64,000 nt of DNA from Deinococcales bacterium (GTDB lineage Bacteria > Deinococcota > Deinococci > Deinococcales > JAAFIG01). The notes below the pieces were generated by a model. The model saw only the letters and a list, made by a program, of their open reading frames with translations, did no database searches and was not told where the DNA came from. The stretch lies in contig JANXTZ010000081.1 in NCBI GenBank assembly GCA_025352125.1, positions 34,297 through 98,296 on the forward strand, written 5' to 3'. A program made the position numbers and the translations under genes. Each line of letters opens with the position of its first letter. The first letter of the stretch is position 1. Positions 19,429-28,647 of the stretch are shown piece by piece.

Positions 19429-20876
19429 TCCCTCGTGATGACGCCAGCCCGCTCGAGCGGATGCGGCGCATGAGACACGAGTGCGGGCGCTTCGCCGCTC
19501 GGAAACATTTTTCCAGGGTTGCTCAACTCGAGCGGGTCAATGGAAAGCCGCAAGCGTTTCATGGCGTCAAGATCGCTGCTGGAAAACATGATCGGCATGT
19601 GCTCGCGTTTTTCGACGCCGACGCCGTGCTCGCCCGTGATACTGCCGCCAAGTTTGACGCACAACCCGAGGATTTCACCCGCCAGATGCTCGGCTTTTTC
19701 GAGCGCTCCAGGTTCGCGCCCATCAAACAAAATCAGTGGATGCAAATTGCCGTCACCCGCATGAAAAACGTTCGCCACCCGCAGCCCCGCCACGCCCGAA
19801 AGACGCTCAATTTCTTTGAGCGCCAGCCCAAGCTTGCCGCGAGGCACGACGCCATCTTGAACAATGTAATCTGGGCTTAAACGCCCGACGGCGCTGAAGG
19901 CACTCTTGCGCCCCTTCCAGATGGTCAGACGCTCGAGTTCGGATTGCGCGATTCGTACCTCATACGCCCCAGAAGCCCGAATCACCCGCTCGAGTTCTAA
20001 AAATTCGGCTTCGATGGCGCGATCTTCACCCTCGAGTTCGACAATCAACAATGCCGCCGCATCTTTGGGATACCCCGCGTGAACGGCTGCCTCTGCCGCC
20101 TGAATCGCCAAGGCGTCCATGATTTCCATTGCCCCAGGCAGCAACCCACTGGACACCACGCTGGCAACCGCCTCGCCCGCCGCCTCGAGCGAATGGTATG
20201 CCGCCAGCACCGTGCGGTAGCGCTGCGGTTTTGGCAGCAAACGCAGTGTCACCTCTAAAGCAATGCCGAACAAACCTTCACTTCCCACGAACAACCCGTG
20301 CAAATCTGCGCCAACACTTTCCAAACTCGAGCCGCCCAACGTCAGCACTTCACCGTCGGGCAAGAGCACCTTTAAACCGAGTACGTGGTTGCTGGTCATG
20401 CCGTACTTCAGACAATGCGCCCCGCCAGAATTAAACGCCACATTGCCGCCAATCGTGCAAATCTGCTGACTGGAAGGGTCGGGCGCGTAATACAACCCGA
20501 ACGGTGCGGCAGCCGTCGATACCGCCAAGTTTGTCACGCCAGGTTGCACGACCGCCACGCGCTCGAGCGGATCAAGTTTGAGGATTTTGTTTAACTTGTT
20601 TAAGGCAATCACCACGCCATCCGCCACGGGCAAACTGCCGCCCGATAAGCTTGTTCCACTGCCCCTTGCCACAAACGGAACACGGTGCTTGTGACAGATT
20701 TTGACCACCTCGATCACCTCGAGTTCGGTCTCTGGCATGACCACCGCCAATGCCCTGGCTTTAAAACTCGTCAACGCATCGGATTCATACGCTGCCAGTT
20801 GCGCGGCTTTGACCATGACTCGAGCCTCGCCCAGCACACGGCGTAAATCGGTCAGGATGGTGGCAGGTTCAGTCAT
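19425..20876 (-). CDS. glcD: glycolate oxidase subunit GlcD (FAD-linked oxidase)
   Basis: PCMH-type FAD-binding domain ([11 protein letters not shown]) plus an FAD-oxidase C-terminal domain (HAGDGNLHP). Confidence 0.9.
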   Translation of the reverse strand: MTEPATILTDLRRVLGEARVMVKAAQLAAYESDALTSFKARALAVVMPETELEVIEVVKICHKHRVPFVARGSGTSLSGGSLPVADGVVIALNKLNKILKLDPLERVAVVQPGVTNLAVSTAAAPFGLYYAPDPSSQQICTIGGNVAFNSGGAHCLKYGMTSNHVLGLKVLLPDGEVLTLGGSSLESVGADLHGLFVGSEGLFGIALEVTLRLLPKPQRYRTVLAAYHSLEAAGEAVASVVSSGLLPGAMEIMDALAIQAAEAAVHAGYPKDAAALLIVELEGEDRAIEAEFLELERVIRASGAYEVRIAQSELERLTIWKGRKSAFSAVGRLSPDYIVQDGVVPRGKLGLALKEIERLSGVAGLRVANVFHAGDGNLHPLILFDGREPGALEKAEHLAGEILGLCVKLGGSITGEHGVGVEKREHMPIMFSSSDLDAMKRLRLSIDPLELSNPGKMFPSGEAPALVSHAPHPLERAGVITRE

Positions 20877-20970
20877 GGTATTAAAAATATTCTACCCGAG
20901 TGCGCCGCAATACATGGTATCTCGAGTTTTGATTACGGTTTATCACCATTAAAGCAAGTAATCTGCGAAC

Positions 20971-21435
20971 GTGAACATTTCCGAACCCGTCCCCAATTTT
21001 TCTGCCAGCGGCGACAACGGGCAAATCATCAACCTCGAGCAACTTCGCGGTCAATGGGTGATTCTGTACTTTTACCCCAAAGACAGCTCGCTGGGTTGCA
21101 GCATCGAGGCGCAGCGATTCGAGCAGTTATTGCCCGAATTTACCAAACGCAAAGCCCAGGTGATCGGCGTCAGCACAGGCTCGAGCGCCTCGCAAACCAA
21201 ATTCCGTGAGAAGTGCAACCTGACCTTCCCGTTGCTGCCCGACACCGACAAAAGCATTGCCAAAGCCTACGGGGTCATCAACGGTTTTATGGCGTTGCTC
21301 GGCAATGCAGACCGCCAAACCTTTCTGATTGACCCAAACGGTAACCTCGCGCACCACTGGAAGTTTGTCAATCCGCTCAGCCACGCCACAGAGGTTCTGC
21401 AAATCCTCGAGAAACAGCAAACCGCGATGGCGTAA
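20971..21435 (+). CDS. bcp: peroxiredoxin, Bcp/AhpC-TSA family
   Basis: Motif FYPKDSSLGCSIE carrying the peroxidatic Cys. Confidence 0.85.
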   Translation: MNISEPVPNFSASGDNGQIINLEQLRGQWVILYFYPKDSSLGCSIEAQRFEQLLPEFTKRKAQVIGVSTGSSASQTKFREKCNLTFPLLPDTDKSIAKAYGVINGFMALLGNADRQTFLIDPNGNLAHHWKFVNPLSHATEVLQILEKQQTAMA

Positions 21436-21438
21436 GCT

Positions 21439-21933
21439 GTGCGCATGAACCAAGACCTGAAAATCATGTATGACCTCGTGCGTCGCACCCGCGAAGTGTT
21501 GTTCGAGTTTACCGAAAGCCTGCCAAACCAGATTTATACCCTCGAGCGACCCGATTTTGCCTACGGCAGCATTCGCAACATTCACGCCCACGTTGCCTTT
21601 TGCTACCTGGCTTGGATTGGTGTGGCACTGGGTTACAAACGCGAGGATTTGATTGTACCCGCCGAACAAATTTCGGATGCCACCGCCATGCGCGAACGGT
21701 TTGGGGTTGTGGACAAAATTGTGAACGAAGCCCTCGAGAAATTCACAACCCCAGACGAACCGCTCGAGTTTGAGCACCGTTCTGGAAACCTGAAATTAAC
21801 CCAGCGCTGGTTGCTGCTGCATCCGATCACCCACGAGTTTCACCACAAAGGGCAATTGCTGGCACTGGCACGGGTGCTCGAGCATCCATTGCCCGAAGGT
21901 GTGGACACGGATTTGGTGCTGCCGTTCGAGTGA
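21439..21933 (+). CDS. DinB-family (four-helix-bundle metalloenzyme-like) protein
   Basis: DinB-like length with histidines spaced as in the family (HAHVAF..., HPITHEFHHKGQ). Confidence 0.7.
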   Translation: MRMNQDLKIMYDLVRRTREVLFEFTESLPNQIYTLERPDFAYGSIRNIHAHVAFCYLAWIGVALGYKREDLIVPAEQISDATAMRERFGVVDKIVNEALEKFTTPDEPLEFEHRSGNLKLTQRWLLLHPITHEFHHKGQLLALARVLEHPLPEGVDTDLVLPFE

Positions 21934-22009
21934 ATTGTAGTCTCACCTTCAAAATTAAGTGATTAGAATAATGTAAAGTTGATGAGCATTTTAAAAACTT
22001 GGGGGAAAT

Positions 22010-22867
22010 ATGAAACATCAACTGCAAAAAGCGGTATTGGTCGCCATCAGTCTGTCAACATTCGCAGCCATCAGCACATTTTCTGGCACAATTGCCCTGG
22101 GAGACCAAACTAAAAACTTTGCCCTGTGCGGCATCTGCAAAGGCGCAAACCATTACGTCGGATTTGCCCGCCAAAACAACGCTCGACTGGGCACAGCGCA
22201 AGAATCAATACCCGCACAAGTGCTCCGAACCTACCCAGGCTTAAGCGATGCCAAAGAAATTCTGACCGCTCGAGGGCGTACCGCCGTTCGGGTTGAACAA
22301 GAAAATGGAAACTTCGTGATTTCCGAACACCGCCTTGAGACACTGCGCATTGGCAACCTGCGCAAATCAGAAACCATGATCGCCCAAGTCACCGACCAAA
22401 TTGGTAGTGCCGAAGCTCGAGTTCAACTCGTTTGGGGCGACACCATCAGCATTCGTTCCAAAACCCTCGCCCGTGGCACACCAGTCACCCTGACCCTCAA
22501 CCGAAGTACAGGCGGTTTTGGAAATCCTGCCAGCCAAGGCGCGTATTACAACGTTCAGAGTGAAACCTACATTGACGGTGTTGCCATCACCGACCTGGCT
22601 TTTGGCTTGAAACGCTACCCTGGCGAGGGACAAAAAGACCAAGCGACTGGTAAAGACAAACTGGATTACAAAATTCAAACCAAAGTCGGACAAACCATTC
22701 GACTCGAAGGTTCATTGGCTGTGACCGACGGTGTAAAATCGGCTTTGAAATCACAACAGATTCTGAACGGCGCGGATTCTGTCGTGTACACCATCGCCAT
22801 TGATAACGCTGATGCTTGCGGTCAATCGAGCAGTGGTCAAATGGATGCAGGAACGTGCAAACCATAA
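22010..22867 (+). CDS. secreted hypothetical protein
   Basis: Signal peptide MKHQLQKAVLVAISLSTFAAIS. No recognisable domain. Confidence 0.55.
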   Translation: MKHQLQKAVLVAISLSTFAAISTFSGTIALGDQTKNFALCGICKGANHYVGFARQNNARLGTAQESIPAQVLRTYPGLSDAKEILTARGRTAVRVEQENGNFVISEHRLETLRIGNLRKSETMIAQVTDQIGSAEARVQLVWGDTISIRSKTLARGTPVTLTLNRSTGGFGNPASQGAYYNVQSETYIDGVAITDLAFGLKRYPGEGQKDQATGKDKLDYKIQTKVGQTIRLEGSLAVTDGVKSALKSQQILNGADSVVYTIAIDNADACGQSSSGQMDAGTCKP

Positions 22868-22894
22868 AGCTTATTTAAAATCAATATGGTCTTG

Positions 22895-22926
22895 ACTGGC
22901 ATGGGCGCTCGAGTGTCCATGCCAGT
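22895..22926 (+). terminator. putative intrinsic terminator
   Basis: 10-bp perfect stem actggcatgg / ccatgccagt with a 12-nt loop containing CTCGAG. The T-tract (ttatt) is weak. Confidence 0.45.
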
Positions 22927-23067
22927 TATTGTCAGTACGGATTTGGTATTGCTGTTGGAGTGAATGGGATACTCGAGTTCGCTGCAAAAATTGCGTGATG
23001 CTGCGTTTAATGTAAAAAACCGCTTTAAGTTGGCGCGATATTAATTTGAGAAGGTGAAGTGAATCCT

Positions 23068-23832
23068 TTAATTGAATGTAGATCGCTCTGTGTCGTTGGG
23101 TTTTAATATTCCTGATTTGCTGTTCAGTTGAAGTAATTTATTCCAATTGATCTCATCATCTTTACAGTAATCAATCAGGAATTCTCGAGTAAAACGAGTG
23201 TACAATTTTGTCCGCTCCTGTTCATATTCCTCGTTATGGCGCTTGGCTTCAAAACCAACAGGTTCGATCAAATCAATGTACAGTTGTTCACTGCCAGACA
23301 AAAAATGCCAAAAGGCTTGTCCGGTTAATTTCAGGTATTCGCCATTGTTCACAGGGGCTGTTGCACCATAGCAAATTCCTAAAACAGGCTGTACCTCACC
23401 AATATTTTTTGCTTGTTTGAGTACCCTGACAGCGGTTTTAAAGTTCGTTTTTAGGGCTTTATACTGACTCGAATTGCCCCAGTTTGGACCAGATTTGATG
23501 CTGACCACGTATCTTACGCCATCCCGAGCAAATTCGAGGTCTGCTCCCGTCACACCAGATTTCAAACCATCTGAGGTTTGTTGTAACACGAAAATAGCTA
23601 AAGCCTCAAGAAAATCACCAAAATGTTTTTCTTCTGAACTCGACAAAAAAGCGTCCAGCAAACTTGAAACCAGTGTGGTTGGAGCGAGATTTTTAGCACG
23701 AAACAAGTACGGATTTTTACGCTTTAACAAACCGATCAATTTTAGTTTTTTGAGTCCCTCGAGTCGCGCATTGTGAAAAGTACTGATATGGGCATTGACG
23801 TAGAGTGCCACCTGTTCGAGATTAACTGCCAT
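23068..23832 (-). CDS. putative type II restriction endonuclease (specificity unknown)
   Basis: Co-oriented with the DNA methyltransferase, whose 3' end its start overlaps by 11 nt (ATG at 23832, preceded by GAGGAA). PD-(D/E)xK-like arrangement E...DLEF...VVSIK. AT-rich relative to its flanks. Family not assignable by eye. Confidence 0.6.
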   Translation of the reverse strand: MAVNLEQVALYVNAHISTFHNARLEGLKKLKLIGLLKRKNPYLFRAKNLAPTTLVSSLLDAFLSSSEEKHFGDFLEALAIFVLQQTSDGLKSGVTGADLEFARDGVRYVVSIKSGPNWGNSSQYKALKTNFKTAVRVLKQAKNIGEVQPVLGICYGATAPVNNGEYLKLTGQAFWHFLSGSEQLYIDLIEPVGFEAKRHNEEYEQERTKLYTRFTREFLIDYCKDDEINWNKLLQLNSKSGILKPNDTERSTFN

Positions 23833-24685
23833 GAATTTCCTCAAATAAAGGTGAAATATCGGTTTTTTCTGCATTTAGGCGTTGTTGTGCGACTTCAATG
23901 TACTCAAGTTTAAGTTCTGTACCAACATAATATCGTCCGAGGCGATGAGCGGCGATAGCGGTTGTGCCACTGCCCATGAATGGGTCCAAAACAACATCCC
24001 CTGGTGAACTAAAGAGTTTGATGAACCATTCTGGTAAACCAATGGGAAATGCGGCGCTGTGATTACGATTACCGCATTCAGTAGCCAGATGGATGACATT
24101 GGTCGGATAAACAAGATCGCGTCCAACCCAGTTTGAAATGTTTTTACCAAAACCACTGCCAACTTTGGATTCGTCGCGGCGTTTGTCAGTTTTGCTCAAA
24201 TTTTTTAAACGGCTCTCTGCCCAATCACCAACTGGAACACGGACAGCATCTTGGTTCATTTTAAACTGACGCTCTTTTGTAAAATGTAAACAACGCTCCC
24301 ACGCATCACGAAATCTATTTGACCATTTCCCTGGAAACGAATTACGCTTATGCCACATGTATTCTTCGGTCCAAAGCCAGCCTTGTTTTTTTAATTCGAG
24401 AATCAACTCGAGTACATAAGTGTGTCGTTCTCCAGCGACAACTCGTTCTTTAATATTTAAAACAAACGAACCTGTCGGTTTGAGAACACGATGTAATTCA
24501 GCCGCAATAGGCATAAACCAGGCTGCATACTCGTCGGGATGAACTCCACCGTAAGTATTTTTACGCTGATCGGCATAGGGTGGTGACGTAACGATCAAAT
24601 CTATGCTGGAATCTGGTAAATGCTGTAAAGTAGTGCAGGCATCGCCTTGAAAAATCTGGTTGTGCCAAGTGATATCAGAAGTCAT
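23822..24685 (-). CDS. beta-class N4-cytosine/N6-adenine DNA methyltransferase
   Basis: Catalytic motif IV TSPPY near the N-terminus and AdoMet motif I DPFMGSGTT near the C-terminus. This is the beta-class order of the N6_N4_Mtase family; SPPY is more typical of N4C enzymes. Confidence 0.9.
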   Translation of the reverse strand: MTSDITWHNQIFQGDACTTLQHLPDSSIDLIVTSPPYADQRKNTYGGVHPDEYAAWFMPIAAELHRVLKPTGSFVLNIKERVVAGERHTYVLELILELKKQGWLWTEEYMWHKRNSFPGKWSNRFRDAWERCLHFTKERQFKMNQDAVRVPVGDWAESRLKNLSKTDKRRDESKVGSGFGKNISNWVGRDLVYPTNVIHLATECGNRNHSAAFPIGLPEWFIKLFSSPGDVVLDPFMGSGTTAIAAHRLGRYYVGTELKLEYIEVAQQRLNAEKTDISPLFEEIHGS

Positions 24686-24739
24686 GTTTGTATTCTGCCA
24701 TGTTCGGAATGAAATGTCGCGTTACTTGAATAACCGCCG

Positions 24740-25861
24740 TTAATCCGCCGCCATCTCGAGGTCATAAACCTTCAACTCGTCATAAAACGCGTTGCGTTCC
24801 ACTGCCACACGCCCAGCTTTCTTGATCAAATCCACCATCTTCTGGGTGGTCAACCCAAGCGGGCTAACCGCGCCTGCGGCATGTGCGATGTGCTCGTCAA
24901 TGATCGTGCCGTCAATGTCGCTGACGCCCCAGTCCAGCGCGACTTGCACCAGGTCGCTCGAGATCATGACCCAGTAGCCTTTGACGTGATCAAAATTGTC
25001 CAGGTAAATCCTCGAGACTGCCAAATTGCGCAGGTCGTCAATGCCTGTCGTAAATTCGGTTTTGCCCAGGTTGAAGGCGAGTGCGTTCGCGTCGGGTTGA
25101 AACGCGAGCGGGATGAAACTGTGAAAGCCGCCCGTTTCGTCTTGCAGCGTGCGCAACCTGTCAATGTGGTCTAGCCGTTCCTCGAGCGTTTCGATGTGTC
25201 CGTAAAGCATGGTGGCGTTGGTGCGAATGCCCAAACTGTGGGCTTCTTTGTGAATTCTGAGCCAGTCATCGGCGCTAACCTTGCGTTTGGCAATCTCGAG
25301 CCGCACTCGGTCAGCAAAAATCTCTGCCCCGCCCCCTGGCATGGCGGCAAGTCCTGCGGCTTTCAGTTCGGTCAAGACCTCGAGCGTACTTTTTTTGGCA
25401 ATGTGGCTGAGGTGCTCGATTTCGGCGGCGGTGAAGGCTTTGACTTGCAAACCAGGAAATTCGGCGTTCAAAGCCCGCACCATGTCAGGGTAGTAACTCC
25501 AGGGGCGGGTCGGATGATGCCCGCTGCTCATGTGCAGTTCTTGCAAGCCTGGTTCGTACTTCTCGCGGACATGGGCGACCACATCTTCAACGCTGTAATC
25601 CCAGGCTCGAGCCTCGTTTTTGTTGGCGGCAAAGGCGCAGAACGTGCAACCGACGTAGCAAATATTGGTGAACTCGAGGCGCATGGAGTGCACAAAATAG
25701 GTTTTGTCACCGTTCTTGCGCTCGCGCACCACGTTCGCCAGCCTCGAGAGGGTGTTGAGGTCGTGCGTGTCGAATAAAACCATGCCCTCGCTAAAATTGA
25801 GGCGTTCACCCGCCATGACTTTGGCGGCGATAGGCTCGAGTTTGGGGTCCAGAATCTTCAT
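24740..25861 (-). CDS. futalosine-pathway radical SAM enzyme (MqnE/MqnC family)
   Basis: Radical-SAM cluster motif CYVGCTFCAF and overall MqnC/MqnE-like sequence. The start is taken at MKILDPKLEP. I cannot separate MqnE from MqnC by eye. Confidence 0.8.
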   Translation of the reverse strand: MKILDPKLEPIAAKVMAGERLNFSEGMVLFDTHDLNTLSRLANVVRERKNGDKTYFVHSMRLEFTNICYVGCTFCAFAANKNEARAWDYSVEDVVAHVREKYEPGLQELHMSSGHHPTRPWSYYPDMVRALNAEFPGLQVKAFTAAEIEHLSHIAKKSTLEVLTELKAAGLAAMPGGGAEIFADRVRLEIAKRKVSADDWLRIHKEAHSLGIRTNATMLYGHIETLEERLDHIDRLRTLQDETGGFHSFIPLAFQPDANALAFNLGKTEFTTGIDDLRNLAVSRIYLDNFDHVKGYWVMISSDLVQVALDWGVSDIDGTIIDEHIAHAAGAVSPLGLTTQKMVDLIKKAGRVAVERNAFYDELKVYDLEMAAD

Positions 25862-25915
25862 ATCCTCACTGTAGTCCTTCAGGCATGGGTCAGGTGTCTC
25901 GAGTAGAATGTTGAG

Positions 25916-26785
25916 GTGTCGGATTCCAACGCCCATGCCTGGTTTCAAATGCTGGTGCACCATGCCAGCGATTTGATTGTGGTGCTCGAGGAAAACGGTG
26001 TTGTTCGCTATGCAAATACTGCCAGTTTAAAACTCTTAGACCTGTCACCTGAAGCGCTTGTTGGGCAGCATTTTTGGTTTGATGTGCTGGGGTTAACGCA
26101 CCAAGACATGGAACTGGTTCAAAGCTCGAGCGAACCGTTTGAATTGCTCTTGGGTGACCGCGATCTGGTCTTGCAAGTCTCGAATTTACTGCACATTCCA
26201 GAGTTGCGCGGCGTGGTGGTCAACGTGCGTGACATGACCTACAGCAAAAACCTCGAGCGCAGTTTGCGTTACCAAGCACTTCATGATCCCCTTACGGACC
26301 TGCCAAACCGTCGTTTGTTCGAGGCGGAACTGACCCGAGCCTTGCCGCCCGAAAGTTTGCTGGCGGTGTTGTTCATTGATCTGGACGGTTTTAAGCAAGT
26401 GAATGACACATACGGTCACGATCTTGGCGATGATTTGCTGGTGCAGGTCAGCCAGAGAATGCAGTTTTGCCTGCGCGAAACCGACACTTTGGCGCGTATC
26501 GGCGGCGATGAATTCACGGTTTTACTCGACCCAATCGAGAATTTAGATGAAGCCGTGCAGGTTGCCGAACGGATTATTTCAGTGATTCAACCCGCGTTTC
26601 ATCTCGAGCAATTTGAGGTTTTTGTTGATGCCAGCATTGGTGTGGTGCTCGAGGAAGATGGCATTGGCAGCGATGAGATTGTGCACCGTGCCGATATTGC
26701 CATGTACCAAGCCAAACGCAGGGGCAGAGGGCAGGCTGTTGCGTTCAATGCGGACATGCTCACAGATACTTTTACAATCCATTGA
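25916..26785 (+). CDS. PAS-domain diguanylate cyclase (GGDEF)
   Basis: N-terminal PAS-like region. Active site RIGGDEF, with an I-site RETD five residues upstream. Confidence 0.9.
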   Translation: MSDSNAHAWFQMLVHHASDLIVVLEENGVVRYANTASLKLLDLSPEALVGQHFWFDVLGLTHQDMELVQSSSEPFELLLGDRDLVLQVSNLLHIPELRGVVVNVRDMTYSKNLERSLRYQALHDPLTDLPNRRLFEAELTRALPPESLLAVLFIDLDGFKQVNDTYGHDLGDDLLVQVSQRMQFCLRETDTLARIGGDEFTVLLDPIENLDEAVQVAERIISVIQPAFHLEQFEVFVDASIGVVLEEDGIGSDEIVHRADIAMYQAKRRGRGQAVAFNADMLTDTFTIH

Positions 26786-26798
26786 TTACACTGGCAAA

Positions 26799-27587
26799 AT
26801 GACAACGCTTTATCTTGGTACGGGCGGATTTTCCAACGAGGATTGGGTCGGGATTTTTTACGATCCAAGCCTCAAGAAAACCCAGTGGCTCGAGTTTTAC
26901 AGCCATCAGTTTAACGCCGTGGAAATCAACAGCACATTTTACGCTGTGCCAGGACAGAAAACCTTTGCCTCAATGCTCGAGCGATCTGGGGGGCGCTTGA
27001 TGTTTTGCGCCAAATTGCACCGTTCGTTCACGCACGACGTGTTCAATCCCAAGCTTGCCGCCGATCAAGCCGCCGCCGAGCGTTTCAAATTTACGGTGCA
27101 ACCGATGCTGGACGCTGGAAAACTGGGTCCGTTGCTGGCGCAATTTCCGTTTTCGTTTAAGAACACCAGCGACGCTCGAGCCTATCTGGTGAACCTTGCC
27201 GAATGGTTCGCGGGGGTGGACGTGGCGGTGGAATTTCGGCACGCCAGTTGGGACAAGGACATTGTTTATCAATTTCTGGCTGACATCGGCTTGCATCCCG
27301 TCAGCGTCGATTTGCCCGCGCTCGAGGGTTTACCCGCGCCCGTCATGCGCCGTGACAAACTGGCGTACTTGCGCCTGCATGGGCGCAACCGCGCGAACTG
27401 GTTTGACGGTAAAGATGCCGCCGAGCGTCACGATTATTTGTACACGCCAAATGAACTTGAACCGTGGGTGAAGGCGTTAAAAGCGTCCAAAGTCGAGAAT
27501 GCGTTTGTTTTCCTTGAGAACACCACGCGTGGGCAGGGATTGACAAATGCTCGAGAATTCAGGGAGTTGTGGGAAGCTCAACAATGA
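26799..27587 (+). CDS. DUF72 (YecE-like) family protein
   Basis: MTTLYLGTGGFSNEDWVGIFYDP...FNAVEINSTFYA is the typical DUF72 N-terminus. The start is at ATG 26799; the longer ORF from 26613 overlaps the GGDEF gene. Confidence 0.85.
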   Translation: MTTLYLGTGGFSNEDWVGIFYDPSLKKTQWLEFYSHQFNAVEINSTFYAVPGQKTFASMLERSGGRLMFCAKLHRSFTHDVFNPKLAADQAAAERFKFTVQPMLDAGKLGPLLAQFPFSFKNTSDARAYLVNLAEWFAGVDVAVEFRHASWDKDIVYQFLADIGLHPVSVDLPALEGLPAPVMRRDKLAYLRLHGRNRANWFDGKDAAERHDYLYTPNELEPWVKALKASKVENAFVFLENTTRGQGLTNAREFRELWEAQQ

Positions 27588-27885
27588 CAACTATCGTAGC
27601 CAACCGCGTTCAGAACGTCGTGTATCTTCAACAGAAGCCACTTCGATAACATCTTCTGGTAGTGGCTTACTTTAGAATGTTTTTTCAGCAATATCCAAAT
27701 TATACCGATACACAAACAACTTCAACCTTGCCACATGCAAATCCCAACACTTCGAGAAACTCAACGTCTTACGCACAAACTGCCCGTTACGCCTCGAGTG
27801 TTATCACCACACGCAACCCAACCCTGGGCGGGATGCTTACGGCGCACTGCCGTATGACTTTGAACTTGGAGCTTGCAGAGAATTC

Positions 27886-28041
27886 GTGACCAACCTGCCG
27901 AGTGAAGATTTAATCCAGCAAACTGCGTATTACATTTGGTTGCGAAACGGACGCCCCGAAGACCGCGAACTCGAGCATTGGAATGAGGCATTTGTTAGTT
28001 TGTGTGTCAGTTCTGGACGAATCCCAAACACTATAAAATAG
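27886..28041 (+). CDS. small DUF2934-like protein (51 aa)
   Basis: Not in the ORF track because it is shorter than 60 aa. GTG start. The sequence AYYIWLRNGRPEDRELEHWNEA matches the DUF2934 pattern AYxxWxxxGRPxGxxxxxWxxAE. Confidence 0.5.
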   Translation: MTNLPSEDLIQQTAYYIWLRNGRPEDRELEHWNEAFVSLCVSSGRIPNTIK

Positions 28042-28057
28042 CGAATGCAAGTTCATT

Positions 28058-28579
28058 GTGAACATAAAGCAGAATGGGGTGGTTATGCTACCGCTAGACG
28101 ATGATCGATGGCAGCAATTGACAACGTTTTTTAAAGAACCGAAAGACATTCCAAAAATTCTTGAAGAATGGTTAGCATCTGTTGGGTTCGACCAAAACGA
28201 AGCCAAGATTTACTATGACATTTTGTTCGATATTTTTTTACATCAAACGACAATCACAAATGTAGCATTTGCCATCGTACCATGGCTCTTACATGTTTGC
28301 AGAACGCGTGATACAAGATTGCGAGCTACGTACTTGACGGATATTGCTCTGGTAGAAGCGAACAGACTCACCCACGGTGTCTACTACAACCGTGAAGGCA
28401 CTGAAAAATACCCAAATTGGTTAATGTCTGACTACATGCAGGCAATCGCAGAAGCTTGTACTTTTGTAGATGATGTTATTGAAGCAGAACTCGATGAAGA
28501 TAGAAAACAACTCTTGGTTGCCATGAAACCTGCATTGTTTGGAAATCCTGAGTTGGCATGGTCACAGTGGTATCCATAG
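28058..28579 (+). CDS. hypothetical protein (orphan, AT-rich)
   Basis: 173-aa ORF in AT-rich DNA that contains no CTCGAG at all. No domain recognised. Confidence 0.5.
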   Translation: MNIKQNGVVMLPLDDDRWQQLTTFFKEPKDIPKILEEWLASVGFDQNEAKIYYDILFDIFLHQTTITNVAFAIVPWLLHVCRTRDTRLRATYLTDIALVEANRLTHGVYYNREGTEKYPNWLMSDYMQAIAEACTFVDDVIEAELDEDRKQLLVAMKPALFGNPELAWSQWYP

Positions 28580-28647
28580 AACTCGAAAATAAAAGATTTC
28601 AGATTAAACTTTGGAATTCACCAAGTTTTAAACATCTGCATACCCGC

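Noticed and set aside
23068-24685. Asserting that this R-M system recognises CTCGAG and explains the iterated palindrome
   Set aside because: I cannot assign specificity from sequence. The pair looks recently acquired, whereas the motif saturates old core genes. I keep this only as a testable link.
27662-27889. 75-aa ORF in the AT-rich spacer
   Set aside because: It has low-complexity T/S/N-rich composition with no start context or homology signal. The adjacent short DUF2934-like ORF is better supported.
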